Origin: a virus
Virus record (IMG/VR): IMGVR_UViG_3300037805_000525
Location: 1 to 64,000 of that record
Direction: 5' to 3' (one strand)
DNA length: 64,000 bases
A program made the position numbers and the translations under genes. Positions 45,996 through 55,327 of the stretch are shown here, piece by piece. Within the stretch, counting starts at the first letter, position 1, and each line of letters opens with the position of its first letter. The notes under the pieces are model-generated. The model made no database searches, had not been told where the DNA came from, and worked only from the letters and a program-made list of their open reading frames with translations.

Positions 45996-48471
45996 CGTCG
46001 ATCTCCGCGATGTAGTCAGACATGAGGGACGTGCCGAGCGAAGAACTCGCCGCAGGCTCGCTGCCGTATGTACGCATTGCTGCAGCGAGCAGTGCCTCTA
46101 CGGAGTCAGTGTCTGTGAGCGACGTGGGCTCCGTCAACCCGAACACGGACCACTCGAGCGCCATGAGTTTGGTGTGTACCCAGCTCAGGTTGGCTTGGTG
46201 GAGTGCGTTGGACAGGTCAGCGAGCTCCTGGGGTGCGGCGGCACTGTAGCTGGACGACGCGCTGGCTATGCCGTCGAAGATGAGCATGAGCGTGCTGCGT
46301 ACATACGCCCAGGCATCCGGAGACACGCCGTTGAGTGGATGCTGCAGACCAGGGGCGTAGCGTTGGTCTGCTAGTAGCTTGCGAACGGTACGCAGTGTGC
46401 CGCGTAGGTAGCTGGCGGTTACCGGTGTGGTCGTGGGGCCAGCACCATAGATTGCCGCGCCTGCTTCTGCGTAGGCTGCCAGGGTGACCACGCCGCCCAT
46501 GGACGAGCGAACCTCCGCCCATCCGCCGAGGGGGCCGACTGCGTAGTCGCCGGCGCGGATACGGTAGCGAGGACCCGACGCAGTGTATGAGTAGCGGGGC
46601 TGGGTGGCGAACGCCTCGTCGGGCAGTCCGAACTCAGGCCCAGGTCCTCCCCCGGGAACAAGCTCAAAGAGTTGGTTGGAGTCGATGACAAGCTCTGTGG
46701 TCTCCAGGGCGAAGGTGATGTCTACGCTGCCGGCCACGCCCAGTACGTCCAGAGGTAGGACGATAGGGGTGAGCAGCGTGACCTGGGTGGGGTTGGCGGA
46801 GACGACCTGGTGGTACCCGTCGTATGGGGTAAGGACGTGCAGGAACGCAGCTTGTGTTCCGTCGGCTACGTCAATGAGGCTCGCACCGGCTGCGGTGATG
46901 GTGGCTGCGGCAGGCGGGCTACGGTACTGCGTGTTCTGCGTAGGGACGATGTCTAGCGCAGCCGGGTTGGTAATGGTGAGGTCGTTGAACCATACGTCAA
47001 CGCCGTAGCCCTCTACAGGCACGGTGGTGAGTAGGTCATTGAGCGTGGTGGGTGGGGTGATCCAAGTGACGCCATCTACTGCAGTGCTGAGCACGGGAGT
47101 GGTACTGCCCATGGGGATACCCATACGAGCTGCAGAGCCTGCGGTGTCGTAGGTGAACAGCAGATTGCCGCCGGTGGTGTGCACACAGTCTACCGAAGCC
47201 GTAAAGTTCGAAATCTCGGTTGCGAGTTCGGACAGGTTGTACTTCACCGGAGGGGCAAATATCACAGTGTGATAAATCGAATTACCTGCTGCGACGGTGA
47301 CTGTGTAGAAGGGTGACTCGTCGGTTACGAGGTACTTGCGGTAGCTGAAGTGGAACTGCGTGCCGACGGGCAGTTCTTGATCGGTGCCTGGCACAGTGAG
47401 GTCAGCGTAGGCAATAGTGACCTTGCCGGACGTGTAGTCGATGCCGCTAGAAATGTCGAGCGGCCAACCACTTACGCTGACTAGGTTGCCGGTTCCGTCG
47501 TCCGTTATGTGGTCGTTGGCTACGTGCAGCACCAGGGAGCCCGGTACGACATGTTCTCGCAGCGTTCGAACGTACGGACCCTTCCCGCCAGGTGCGTTTA
47601 TCGAGTGGATCCCACTAAACGGGGCAGCCAGGTCCGCACCGTAGACAGAGGTAGTGGTAGCCATCGCCCGGATGGCTGCGGGGGAGGAGATGGTCACCGT
47701 ATTTCCCGGCTCGCCCGAATACTGCAACTCTGCGGAGTCGGTACTCAGGCTGTGGAGCGGAAACGTGCTCCCTTCCATCTTGAAGGGGCCGACCGCAACC
47801 AGGTCTGTGCCCTTTGGGGCGTCTAGGTCTATGTCGACCGCGCTCTCTTCGACAACAGAGGCGGACACAGCGGCTATTGCGGACAAATCCTTGGTTGCGG
47901 TGCCGTCCGGGCGCACGTTAGCTCGTACAGCGTCGTCTACGCTCTGTACAACACGTCTGCGCGTAGCAAAGGCGACGTCTGCCGCCTCCCAGGCTGTACG
48001 AGAGCGTGTAAGCGCGTTCAGTGCAGTCTCGAACTCTACTAGTGCAAGCTGGATCGAGCGCACAGCATTTATCACAATGTGATAATCCACCTCGCTGGAC
48101 GCGGCGGTGGACGAGGCGGACAGTTCGTTGAGAGCGCGCACTGCGCCGCTGCTGCCCTGGTCAAGGTGCAGCAGCGCGTTGTCCGCGGCGTCCACGCTCT
48201 CTGTTGTCAGGGTCTGCGTAGGCGCTCTGCGGGTGGATATGAGCGTAAGGAGGTGTTCCCGCGCTGTACTGGACTTGGCGGCGAGTGTACGAAGGTATGT
48301 GCCGTAGATGGCGTAGTACCCGCATTGGTCGTACTGGAGTGTGCGTGAGCAGAGGTCTAGTGCAACCTCCAGTATCTCCGCGGCTGTCTTGCCTCGCATC
48401 GTTCCGAGATCTACGCTCGGGGACAACCCCTGAGCTAGTCCCGCGATGTAGGCCTCAGAATATCGAGGCAT
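45988..48471 (-). CDS. virion structural protein (tail/baseplate-like)
   Basis: VVPGSLVL....ITDDGTGNLV.....GIDYTSGKVTI beta motif typical of tail/baseplate proteins; contains two palindromes. Confidence 0.65.
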   Translation of the reverse strand: MPRYSEAYIAGLAQGLSPSVDLGTMRGKTAAEILEVALDLCSRTLQYDQCGYYAIYGTYLRTLAAKSSTAREHLLTLISTRRAPTQTLTTESVDAADNALLHLDQGSSGAVRALNELSASSTAASSEVDYHIVINAVRSIQLALVEFETALNALTRSRTAWEAADVAFATRRRVVQSVDDAVRANVRPDGTATKDLSAIAAVSASVVEESAVDIDLDAPKGTDLVAVGPFKMEGSTFPLHSLSTDSAELQYSGEPGNTVTISSPAAIRAMATTTSVYGADLAAPFSGIHSINAPGGKGPYVRTLREHVVPGSLVLHVANDHITDDGTGNLVSVSGWPLDISSGIDYTSGKVTIAYADLTVPGTDQELPVGTQFHFSYRKYLVTDESPFYTVTVAAGNSIYHTVIFAPPVKYNLSELATEISNFTASVDCVHTTGGNLLFTYDTAGSAARMGIPMGSTTPVLSTAVDGVTWITPPTTLNDLLTTVPVEGYGVDVWFNDLTITNPAALDIVPTQNTQYRSPPAAATITAAGASLIDVADGTQAAFLHVLTPYDGYHQVVSANPTQVTLLTPIVLPLDVLGVAGSVDITFALETTELVIDSNQLFELVPGGGPGPEFGLPDEAFATQPRYSYTASGPRYRIRAGDYAVGPLGGWAEVRSSMGGVVTLAAYAEAGAAIYGAGPTTTPVTASYLRGTLRTVRKLLADQRYAPGLQHPLNGVSPDAWAYVRSTLMLIFDGIASASSSYSAAAPQELADLSNALHQANLSWVHTKLMALEWSVFGLTEPTSLTDTDSVEALLAAAMRTYGSEPAASSSLGTSLMSDYIAEIDDA
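47259..47275. repeat. 17-bp palindrome copy 12 (AGT), intragenic
   Basis: ATATCACAGTGTGATAA, encodes YHTVI. Confidence 0.95.
48069..48085. repeat. 17-bp palindrome copy 13 (AAT), intragenic
   Basis: TTATCACAATGTGATAA, encodes YHIVI. Confidence 0.95.
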
Positions 48472-48869
48472 TAGTCACAGCTTTCGGGGTTGGTTCCGCG
48501 CAGTCGGCGGATGCCTTGTGCGTCAGCAGTACGGGCCAGCTTACGGACCGTGTGCGGGGAAATGTTGAATGCACCGCATACCGACTCGAACGAGTAGATG
48601 TACGTGGCTGTCTTGAAGTCCGTGATCAGGTCAAATATCCACGACGCAGCATCAGCGCCTAGCTCACGCTTCTGCGCGTCTGGGCTGGACCGGTACAGTA
48701 CATAGTCAGAGACGCCACGACGTAGGACAGCCAACATGAGCTGTGCCGCCCCGGAATCAGCACCCTGATGCGCACGATCCAGTTTGAGGCACTCACACGT
48801 CTGTGGGTCGCAGAGGCCGAGCTGCTTGAGCGTGCACTCGTAGTTTGGATTGTGCTTATTCCTGCTCAC
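48471..48869 (-). CDS. conserved hypothetical protein, possible DNA-binding (LMLAVL..G..DY...A.WIF...SF..VC...NI.P..VR)
   Basis: Recognisable family pattern plus N-terminal Cys cluster. Confidence 0.7.
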   Translation of the reverse strand: MSRNKHNPNYECTLKQLGLCDPQTCECLKLDRAHQGADSGAAQLMLAVLRRGVSDYVLYRSSPDAQKRELGADAASWIFDLITDFKTATYIYSFESVCGAFNISPHTVRKLARTADAQGIRRLRGTNPESCD

Positions 48870-49783
48870 GCGACGGTGACCTCAATCGCGCCAACGAGCG
48901 CGCTCACCAGGTCTCCACCGAACCCAAACCCTTCGGGCAGCTCGACGGGGATTAGCGTAGGGGTGTAGGTGACCACGCCAGCGGCGAGGCCCGTGAACTC
49001 TACGGCCGTGCCTTCAAGAGCCAGGTCAGCCACGTCGGGCACATCCTCGCTCAAGTACACGCGCGAGTCGGTCAACAAGACACCGCTGGTGAGCAGTATC
49101 TTGTAGGTGAGCTCCTTGACCTCGGCTACAGCCAGCGCAAGGGCGGGTGCGGCTCGTGAGAGTTCCGCTGCGCCGTCGAACCAGACAATCCCCGCAACAA
49201 CCGGGAAGATGATGGACATCAGGTCGGCAGACGGAGCGTCTGGTACGTGTATGTACCAGCTGCCTAGCTGCGTGCCCAAGGCTACGCTGTACGTGCGCCC
49301 ACGCAGTAGCGAGACGGACATGCGCCCATCTTTGTCTGCCACGACATCCACCGGCGCTCGGTTGAGTCCGAGGAGGACACTGGATACGTCGCGAACAGAG
49401 TCCCCGCAGTGGATGGTGATTCGCGCGGTGAGATCACCAGACGGCGAGCCGTCCAGGTCCTCGAAGTACCCAGTGCATAGGCACCGTCCGGGGTCGGCCG
49501 ACTGCGGTAGGGTGGGCGACGCCACCAACACTGTAAACAGCACGGGGGCCGCTTGATCGGGCACCACGGCGGAGAACGTGTTGCCGGCGTGTGCGGTGAG
49601 CGGTTGCGGCCCGTGTACCCGCATGGAGTATGTTCCTGCGGGCTGGTCTCCGAGGAAGACGCGCCCCGCTACGTCGGTGTACCCACTGCCTACGAGCGCA
49701 AGCCCGGCGTCGTACATCGCGACGAACACATCCGCGCGGACATCGGCAGGGGTTGAGACCGCTTCAGCGAATACTTGTGGCAC
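48866..49783 (-). CDS. Ig/prealbumin-like fold structural protein
   Basis: Repeated TD..GR / AD.DGR...L..G.TY.V strands. Confidence 0.6.
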   Translation of the reverse strand: MPQVFAEAVSTPADVRADVFVAMYDAGLALVGSGYTDVAGRVFLGDQPAGTYSMRVHGPQPLTAHAGNTFSAVVPDQAAPVLFTVLVASPTLPQSADPGRCLCTGYFEDLDGSPSGDLTARITIHCGDSVRDVSSVLLGLNRAPVDVVADKDGRMSVSLLRGRTYSVALGTQLGSWYIHVPDAPSADLMSIIFPVVAGIVWFDGAAELSRAAPALALAVAEVKELTYKILLTSGVLLTDSRVYLSEDVPDVADLALEGTAVEFTGLAAGVVTYTPTLIPVELPEGFGFGGDLVSALVGAIEVTVA

Positions 49784-49786
49784 TGC

Positions 49787-50416
49787 TCAACTCCAGGCTT
49801 TGGGCATGAACGTGGTTTCGGGGTAAGTGTAGCCCCATTCTTCTGGATACAAGCTGCCTTCTTTTGAGACACACCACGCAACAAGCTGCGCGCTCGTCAC
49901 CACGCCGCCACTGCTGTTGAGCATCAGGACACGCTGGAGTAGTTCGGTGAACGTGTGCTCCCCGTAGCGATCCCCCCAGTTACCCGTGGCCCTGAACATC
50001 GTCTCGACGCCCAAGTACACACATATGGCGTGTCCGTGCAGCTTCCCGTCAGCGCCGATGTAGTTCAGCGACACAACACGGGCAAGCCGATCCGAAGGCA
50101 GTACGGCGGCGGCCCAGGATGCGAAGTCGTCGCAGTCCATTGCCATGCGCGGTGGCTGCGGTTTCCCTTCGGCGATGAGGTCCAACACGTACTGTGTGCG
50201 GCACGGGTGGCCGACGGCGTCCCACAACTCGCGCCAGCCGTCAGACCTGTACGTGAGTTTGTCCATCTCTGTGACCACGCGTGCCGGAGGCAGCTCACGT
50301 GGAAGATGCGCGCTCCACGGGCCGAACAGGCGGTAGAGGTTGGACCAGGCGGCTCGGATGTATCGGTGCGTGCTGTAAGCAGCTCGCCAGACCCACGTTC
50401 GGTAAATATTCATCAC
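49787..50416 (-). CDS. transglutaminase-like cysteine protease family protein
   Basis: MDCDDFA (Cys), GHAICVY (His), GNWG. Confidence 0.65.
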   Translation of the reverse strand: MMNIYRTWVWRAAYSTHRYIRAAWSNLYRLFGPWSAHLPRELPPARVVTEMDKLTYRSDGWRELWDAVGHPCRTQYVLDLIAEGKPQPPRMAMDCDDFASWAAAVLPSDRLARVVSLNYIGADGKLHGHAICVYLGVETMFRATGNWGDRYGEHTFTELLQRVLMLNSSGGVVTSAQLVAWCVSKEGSLYPEEWGYTYPETTFMPKAWS

Positions 50417-52107
50417 ATCGTGCTCTGCTGCCAGCGGTTGTACGGTTGGCGCGCGAAGTTGGCTGCGCCCTGTGCTGCGCCCTGTGCTGCGCCCTGTGCT
50501 GCGCGTGCACCACCGCCCAACGCGCCACGCGCTGTGCGGTATAGTTCGGGGCCAAACATCGCTGCGGGTAGGCCCCAGTTCTTGACGCCAGACCAGACCT
50601 TCTGGCCGGTGCTCTGCGGCATGACACCCTTCAGCGCAGAGACGACCGCCGGGAACATCGTGATCGCCTGCTGAAGCGGGAGCTCGTGTTTGATGCTGCC
50701 GTCTGCATTCAGCGTCCGCACTTTCCCGTTCGCGTACTGCATCTGCTGGTTGTTGATCACTCCGATGTCCACGGCTTGGTTCTTGTCCACCACCTGATCG
50801 GCGGGCCGAGGCTTGCGAGAGAGTGTGCCCCGTCCCGCGCGCTCCTGCCAGTTGGCTGCTGCGTTGTCGAGTCGTGGCTGCCGCGCCACGGCGGTTGCGT
50901 GCTCGTAGTTACGCGGCTGGATCCCTGCCGCGTGCGTGCGACCGGCTACGATGTCCGCCCTGTTGAGGGCCCCGTACTGGCGCTGTGGTGCGACCCAGTC
51001 CGCTGGCGCCTTCTTGGGGCGCTTGACCGCCTTTACCGGACCGATTCGAGGCGAAGCGTTGTACAGCTGGTCTGCGTCGTTCACCCGCCGCTTCACCTGC
51101 CCCGTACCCCAACTGCGCCAGCCGTGCTGGGTTAGCCCCGCGTCCACGTGGCGCGCGGCGTCGGCACCAGGACGCGGCCCAGCTATGTTGATCCGCCTAC
51201 CGAGCTCCTTGGCGCGGCGCGCATCTTCGTAGCCGAGCGAGCCCGCGTCGAGACGCTTACGCGACAACCCCTGAAGCTCGTCAGAGTAGCGAGTCAGGTC
51301 GCGCTGCGCGCCGATCCTCTTCTGGTTCGAGGCGACCACGCCAGCGGCGCGCTGCCGCCCATACCCGGGGATACTACGCCACGCGCCCGCACGTGAGCCG
51401 GCGCCCGCGCTACGTGCGATGGACGCCGCACCAAGGCCTCGGGCTGCATGGGCGCCACGTATGGCGCCCCCCGCTACGCGCAGGCCACCGCTAAGGGCCG
51501 CGCCTGACCCAATCGCGCTGTTACCGAACGGGTTGATTACGTTGAGCCCGGCGCGAACGTAGTTACCCTTCGCCCAGTTGTCTGCCGCGGGCTTACCGAA
51601 TATGGTCTGTCCAATCCGACGACCGATGCTCTGATTACTGTTCGTGCCGCGGAAGTTGTTAGCCATCTGGCCCGCGGCGGCAATGCCACCGAGTACGAGC
51701 GGCACCAACGCGGTCTTCTCCACACCAACAGGTATGTTGCGCATGTGCGCCGACTTCACCTTCATGTTGTCGTTGCCTGCGTTGCGCGGAAGCGACGGCG
51801 CCTTGTCAAACGAGCTTCCCGGGTTGATCGGCGCGACCCGGGCCTTTGGACCAGCTGCAAGGGAACCGCCCCCAGCAATTTGCATTGGCATCTGGTTCTG
51901 CGACTTGCGCTTCGGTGCAGGGGCAGGGATTGCGCGCGTCTGCGCGCTCATCGTTGTGGGCGCCCCCATCGACGCTGTGGGGGGTGGCGCAAAGATCCCG
52001 TCGGCGTTGCCATTCACAAAGCCAGGGTTCGCCAGCGCACCCTCCTTCAGGAGTCCTTGGGACATCACAAGCTCTGTGAACGCGCGTGCGCTCTCTGCCG
52101 TACTCAT
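50413..52107 (-). CDS. basic Gly/Ala/Arg-rich probable internal virion protein
   Basis: Low complexity; LKEGA, VKSA, EKTA motifs; AGGAG RBS. Confidence 0.6.
   Translation of the reverse strand: MSTAESARAFTELVMSQGLLKEGALANPGFVNGNADGIFAPPPTASMGAPTTMSAQTRAIPAPAPKRKSQNQMPMQIAGGGSLAAGPKARVAPINPGSSFDKAPSLPRNAGNDNMKVKSAHMRNIPVGVEKTALVPLVLGGIAAAGQMANNFRGTNSNQSIGRRIGQTIFGKPAADNWAKGNYVRAGLNVINPFGNSAIGSGAALSGGLRVAGGAIRGAHAARGLGAASIARSAGAGSRAGAWRSIPGYGRQRAAGVVASNQKRIGAQRDLTRYSDELQGLSRKRLDAGSLGYEDARRAKELGRRINIAGPRPGADAARHVDAGLTQHGWRSWGTGQVKRRVNDADQLYNASPRIGPVKAVKRPKKAPADWVAPQRQYGALNRADIVAGRTHAAGIQPRNYEHATAVARQPRLDNAAANWQERAGRGTLSRKPRPADQVVDKNQAVDIGVINNQQMQYANGKVRTLNADGSIKHELPLQQAITMFPAVVSALKGVMPQSTGQKVWSGVKNWGLPAAMFGPELYRTARGALGGGARAAQGAAQGAAQGAANFARQPYNRWQQSTM
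50462..50504 (-). repeat. 12-bp coding tandem repeat (about 3.5 copies, AQGA)
   Basis: GCTGCGCCCTGT units on the + strand. Confidence 0.8.
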
Positions 52108-53288
52108 AGGTCTCTCCTGAAAGCGGCGGTATTTGTTAGGACCAGCATATCAAACGCATCGTCCGCGGCCTGGGATAGAAGGCCGGCGAGGTCGATCGGG
52201 TCCTGCGCGTCCACTCCAGATGGCACCGTGATGGTCCGACTGAACCCCGCAATCGGCAGTCGTACTGCCAACTTCGCTCCCTGGATCGCCGTGAATTCTG
52301 TGTAGCCGTTCGAGTCCGTGTAGTACGTGTGCACTCGGTCAAGCACCGTAACGCCAGCCAGGAGTACACTCGACGCCAGCAACTCAACCTGCACTGGTGC
52401 GTTGACGTGTGGTGTGGCGTCCGAGCGCCACATGCGGATGTACAGCGTCGCCGCCTCCGGCGGAGGCACTGCCGGGCTGACCGTTGGCGTGAGCGTGTCT
52501 ACGAGTATGTTGACCGTATTGGTCTCGTTCTCGACCACCTCGAACGCGATATTGTTGTAGGAGAACACGTGGCCGTCGCGCAGCAGCGCCACGGTGTACG
52601 CACCTGGCTGAAGGTACCCGTGCGCCTCCCCAGATATGTTCGTGCGCAGCGTAAGCGTCGCAACGCCCTCGCGCATCACAACGAGTTGTGTGGCTGAGTG
52701 CGGCTCTGACGGAGCCGACGAGGTCAGGACCAGGAAGTTACACAGCTCCGTGCCCGCAGGCATGAACAGCGACAGCGTCTCCATGAACTGCGGGATCATG
52801 AACCCACCGACGTCCATTAGCCAGACGACGGTGTACAGGCCTTCCTCGACCAGAGTCAGTGGGTCGGAGACGTACGCACCCTTACCCGCGTCGAACACAA
52901 CTGGGAGCGCGCCGAGCGCGGAACTACCGTGCTGATCGAGGATGTCAAACGTCCACGAATCACCTGCCGGCTGCTCTAGCGGCAGCACGATCTCAGAGCC
53001 GACGAGCGCGTCGCCTGACGGCACTTGGGAACATACCGCTGGTTCAATCTCGACTGAGTCTCCGTCGTAGTCCCACTGAAGCAGGTACGACCCGACGGCG
53101 AGCAATGTGACAGCCTCCGATACGTACACGTTGGGTACCGCGGCGCTCTGCGTCATCGCAAGCGGTCCGACTACTACGACATCATCGCTGTCGGTTACGG
53201 TCAGCGTCAGCAGGGTAATGTCGAGGACGGCGCCGGCACTGTCTAGGTACCCTGCGCGGGTCGGAGTTCCTCTTCGGAAGACAATCAT
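52104..53288 (-). CDS. Ig-fold virion structural protein
   Basis: Repeated G.Y...W and TD.NG strands. Confidence 0.6.
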   Translation of the reverse strand: MIVFRRGTPTRAGYLDSAGAVLDITLLTLTVTDSDDVVVVGPLAMTQSAAVPNVYVSEAVTLLAVGSYLLQWDYDGDSVEIEPAVCSQVPSGDALVGSEIVLPLEQPAGDSWTFDILDQHGSSALGALPVVFDAGKGAYVSDPLTLVEEGLYTVVWLMDVGGFMIPQFMETLSLFMPAGTELCNFLVLTSSAPSEPHSATQLVVMREGVATLTLRTNISGEAHGYLQPGAYTVALLRDGHVFSYNNIAFEVVENETNTVNILVDTLTPTVSPAVPPPEAATLYIRMWRSDATPHVNAPVQVELLASSVLLAGVTVLDRVHTYYTDSNGYTEFTAIQGAKLAVRLPIAGFSRTITVPSGVDAQDPIDLAGLLSQAADDAFDMLVLTNTAAFRRDL

Positions 53289-53497
53289 CGTAGAGCTCCA
53301 AGCTGCGCAACAGCGTTGCGTACGGCGGACGAGGTCACCGTGTTGGAGTAGACACGTAGTGCAGCATCTGCGCCGGTGGCTTCGCGTACAGAGATGAGAA
53401 AGGCACGCTCACTCGTGAGCTGGGCCGCGCGCTTTGCGACGTGCGCAAGGAACGCGGACTCTAGCTCATCGAGCAGCGCATCATTTGGCGTAGGCAC
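53285..53497 (-). CDS. small hypothetical protein
   Basis: GGAGG RBS at GTG 53497; ATGA overlap. Confidence 0.65.
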   Translation of the reverse strand: MPTPNDALLDELESAFLAHVAKRAAQLTSERAFLISVREATGADAALRVYSNTVTSSAVRNAVAQLGALR

Positions 53498-53582
53498 GTT
53501 AAACCCTCCGTAGATCAATACCTTGAGTCTACCGACTAAACGTCCGCGGGGGGAGCGTGTGTTCGCGAACTTGCGCGGGACA

Positions 53583-53618
53583 CCAAGTGCGTGGCGTTTG
53601 GGGGTATAAGTACTCGAG
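53583..53618 (+). promoter_or_regulatory. phage promoter motif
   Basis: CCAAG-N15-GGTATAAG. Confidence 0.75.
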
Positions 53619-53637
53619 TGGCTAGGTAACAACGCGG

Positions 53638-53654
53638 ATATCACAGTGTGATAA
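53638..53654. repeat. 17-bp palindrome copy 14 (AGT), downstream of promoter
   Basis: ATATCACAGTGTGATAA. Confidence 0.95.
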
Positions 53655-53673
53655 TCCGCAGGGAGGCGAAGAT

Positions 53674-53970
53674 ATGACTATATCTGTGGGGTCTAAGAGG
53701 TACGACGCGCGCATCGTTGGTGACGCGGTCATAGTTGTGCAGTTCGTATGCACCGGTGTGCTGTCCACGCACACCACCTGGGAGCGTGTGGGGCGCGAGC
53801 CACAAGAGATGCAAGTGTCCGGTTCAGACGACCCGTGGTCACGCACCAAAACTGAAGCGGTTAGTCGCCTACGGTCCGAGTGCGAACGCGCAGTGCGCGC
53901 GGACACAGCGGCGTTAGCTATCGCGCGTGAGTCGCTGCGCAAGGTCACTCAGTATGCGCGCCGTCCGTAG
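53674..53970 (+). CDS. hypothetical protein (lone antisense early-type cassette)
   Basis: Own promoter motif, GGGAGG RBS. Confidence 0.7.
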   Translation: MTISVGSKRYDARIVGDAVIVVQFVCTGVLSTHTTWERVGREPQEMQVSGSDDPWSRTKTEAVSRLRSECERAVRADTAALAIARESLRKVTQYARRP

Positions 53971-53983
53971 GTTGGTGGGGGTG

Positions 53984-55327
53984 TCAGCTCGTGAGTAGGT
54001 AGCCGCCGCCAGCGACCCCTGCGGCCGGAAGGAGCCGCAGCATCTCGTTCTTGACGCGTTCTGCACGGATGCGGGCGGACAGCGCGGTGATTCCACGCGC
54101 TGTCCCAAGACCTGCCACAGAGCCCGCCAGCGCGCCAGGGACGGCCTTGCGTGCGAGCAGCGACCCGGCAACTGCGCCGAGCATCGGTAGGGACCGCAGA
54201 GCTGACGCGGACTTGACGTTGGCGCCAAGCAACTCACGTAGCTTGCGCACAGCAGCGCGTGCAGCCGCCGGCGGGTCCATACGTGTCTCTACTGATCGCA
54301 CAGGATTCAGAAGGTCATGCAGGTTACGGTTTGGCCGCACTCGGCCAAGGAGATCAAGGCGCCCACCCGCGGGGGCTCGCAGCTGGCTCCGCACCAGGCG
54401 CGACAGCTCACCGGGTACCGCAATCGCGCGCTGCAGGATTTCTCGGGCACCCGCGGTCTTCTCGTGAGACACCTTGGTGACCGGGGACCCTGCGCGCCAC
54501 AACGCTTGGTTGAACGCATCGTGGAACGGCGGATCGAACTTCCTACCTGCCGCGACCCGGTCGTAGCGTGCCTGTGCGGCTGCGACGTCGGCGGGCATTC
54601 CGCGTGCCTGCGCGGCTGCGCGTCGGTGCGTGGGGCTTGCTGCCCGGCGCGCACCCGCCATTGCCGGACGCATACGCATACGCAACCAGCTAAGCAGCCC
54701 AGGTACGGATTTCACGCCCCGGCCTGCCATCCGCGCACTACCTAGTAGGCCACGGCCTGCCAGCCGCGCCCCGCCCACTGCGCCCTTACCAAGAAGCCGA
54801 GCGCCGGCAACTGAACCAATGAGCGCGGCGCGGCTGGCTGGGTGGTTCATGGCCCTTGTGAGGCCATGGCCTAGGTCCCAAGCCATGTTGCTGCGCAGGT
54901 TGGAGAAGATCTTGCCGAACGGGATAGCCGCCTCTTTAACAGGGAGCTGATCCGCGGCGAGGTGTGCCGCGACAACGGCGTCTTCAGGTGTTTCGCCGGG
55001 GCGGCCTATTACGCTCCGTGTCTTGTCGCCGAGCATGTCGGCTAGTTCGTCACGGTTGTGGTACGCCAACAAGCCGGCGCCAGCGGCGGCCAGAGGCAGG
55101 TACGGGAACGACCGACGTGGCCGTACCGTGTGGCCAAGCAGCGCGGCCGCGGCAACAGGTGTCAGCGCACCGACTGCCGCGATTCCCGCATCGCGCGCAA
55201 ACGTGGTTTGCGCGCTGGACCTCTTCTCGCGAAGCTCGGCCATGACGCGGCTACGCACGCCGCGGCGCTCAGCGTGCGTAGCCGCACTGACGTGTATGGT
55301 AAGTCTTGGTGAGTCCATTATGCTCAT
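53984..55327 (-). CDS. basic Ala/Arg-rich probable internal virion protein
   Basis: KEAA, EKTA, VKSA motifs; Gly-zipper hydrophobic stretches. Confidence 0.6.
   Translation of the reverse strand: MSIMDSPRLTIHVSAATHAERRGVRSRVMAELREKRSSAQTTFARDAGIAAVGALTPVAAAALLGHTVRPRRSFPYLPLAAAGAGLLAYHNRDELADMLGDKTRSVIGRPGETPEDAVVAAHLAADQLPVKEAAIPFGKIFSNLRSNMAWDLGHGLTRAMNHPASRAALIGSVAGARLLGKGAVGGARLAGRGLLGSARMAGRGVKSVPGLLSWLRMRMRPAMAGARRAASPTHRRAAAQARGMPADVAAAQARYDRVAAGRKFDPPFHDAFNQALWRAGSPVTKVSHEKTAGAREILQRAIAVPGELSRLVRSQLRAPAGGRLDLLGRVRPNRNLHDLLNPVRSVETRMDPPAAARAAVRKLRELLGANVKSASALRSLPMLGAVAGSLLARKAVPGALAGSVAGLGTARGITALSARIRAERVKNEMLRLLPAAGVAGGGYLLTS

Noticed and set aside
50462-50504. 12-bp tandem repeat as a phase-variation switch
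   Set aside because: The unit is a multiple of three, in a low-complexity C-terminal tail.
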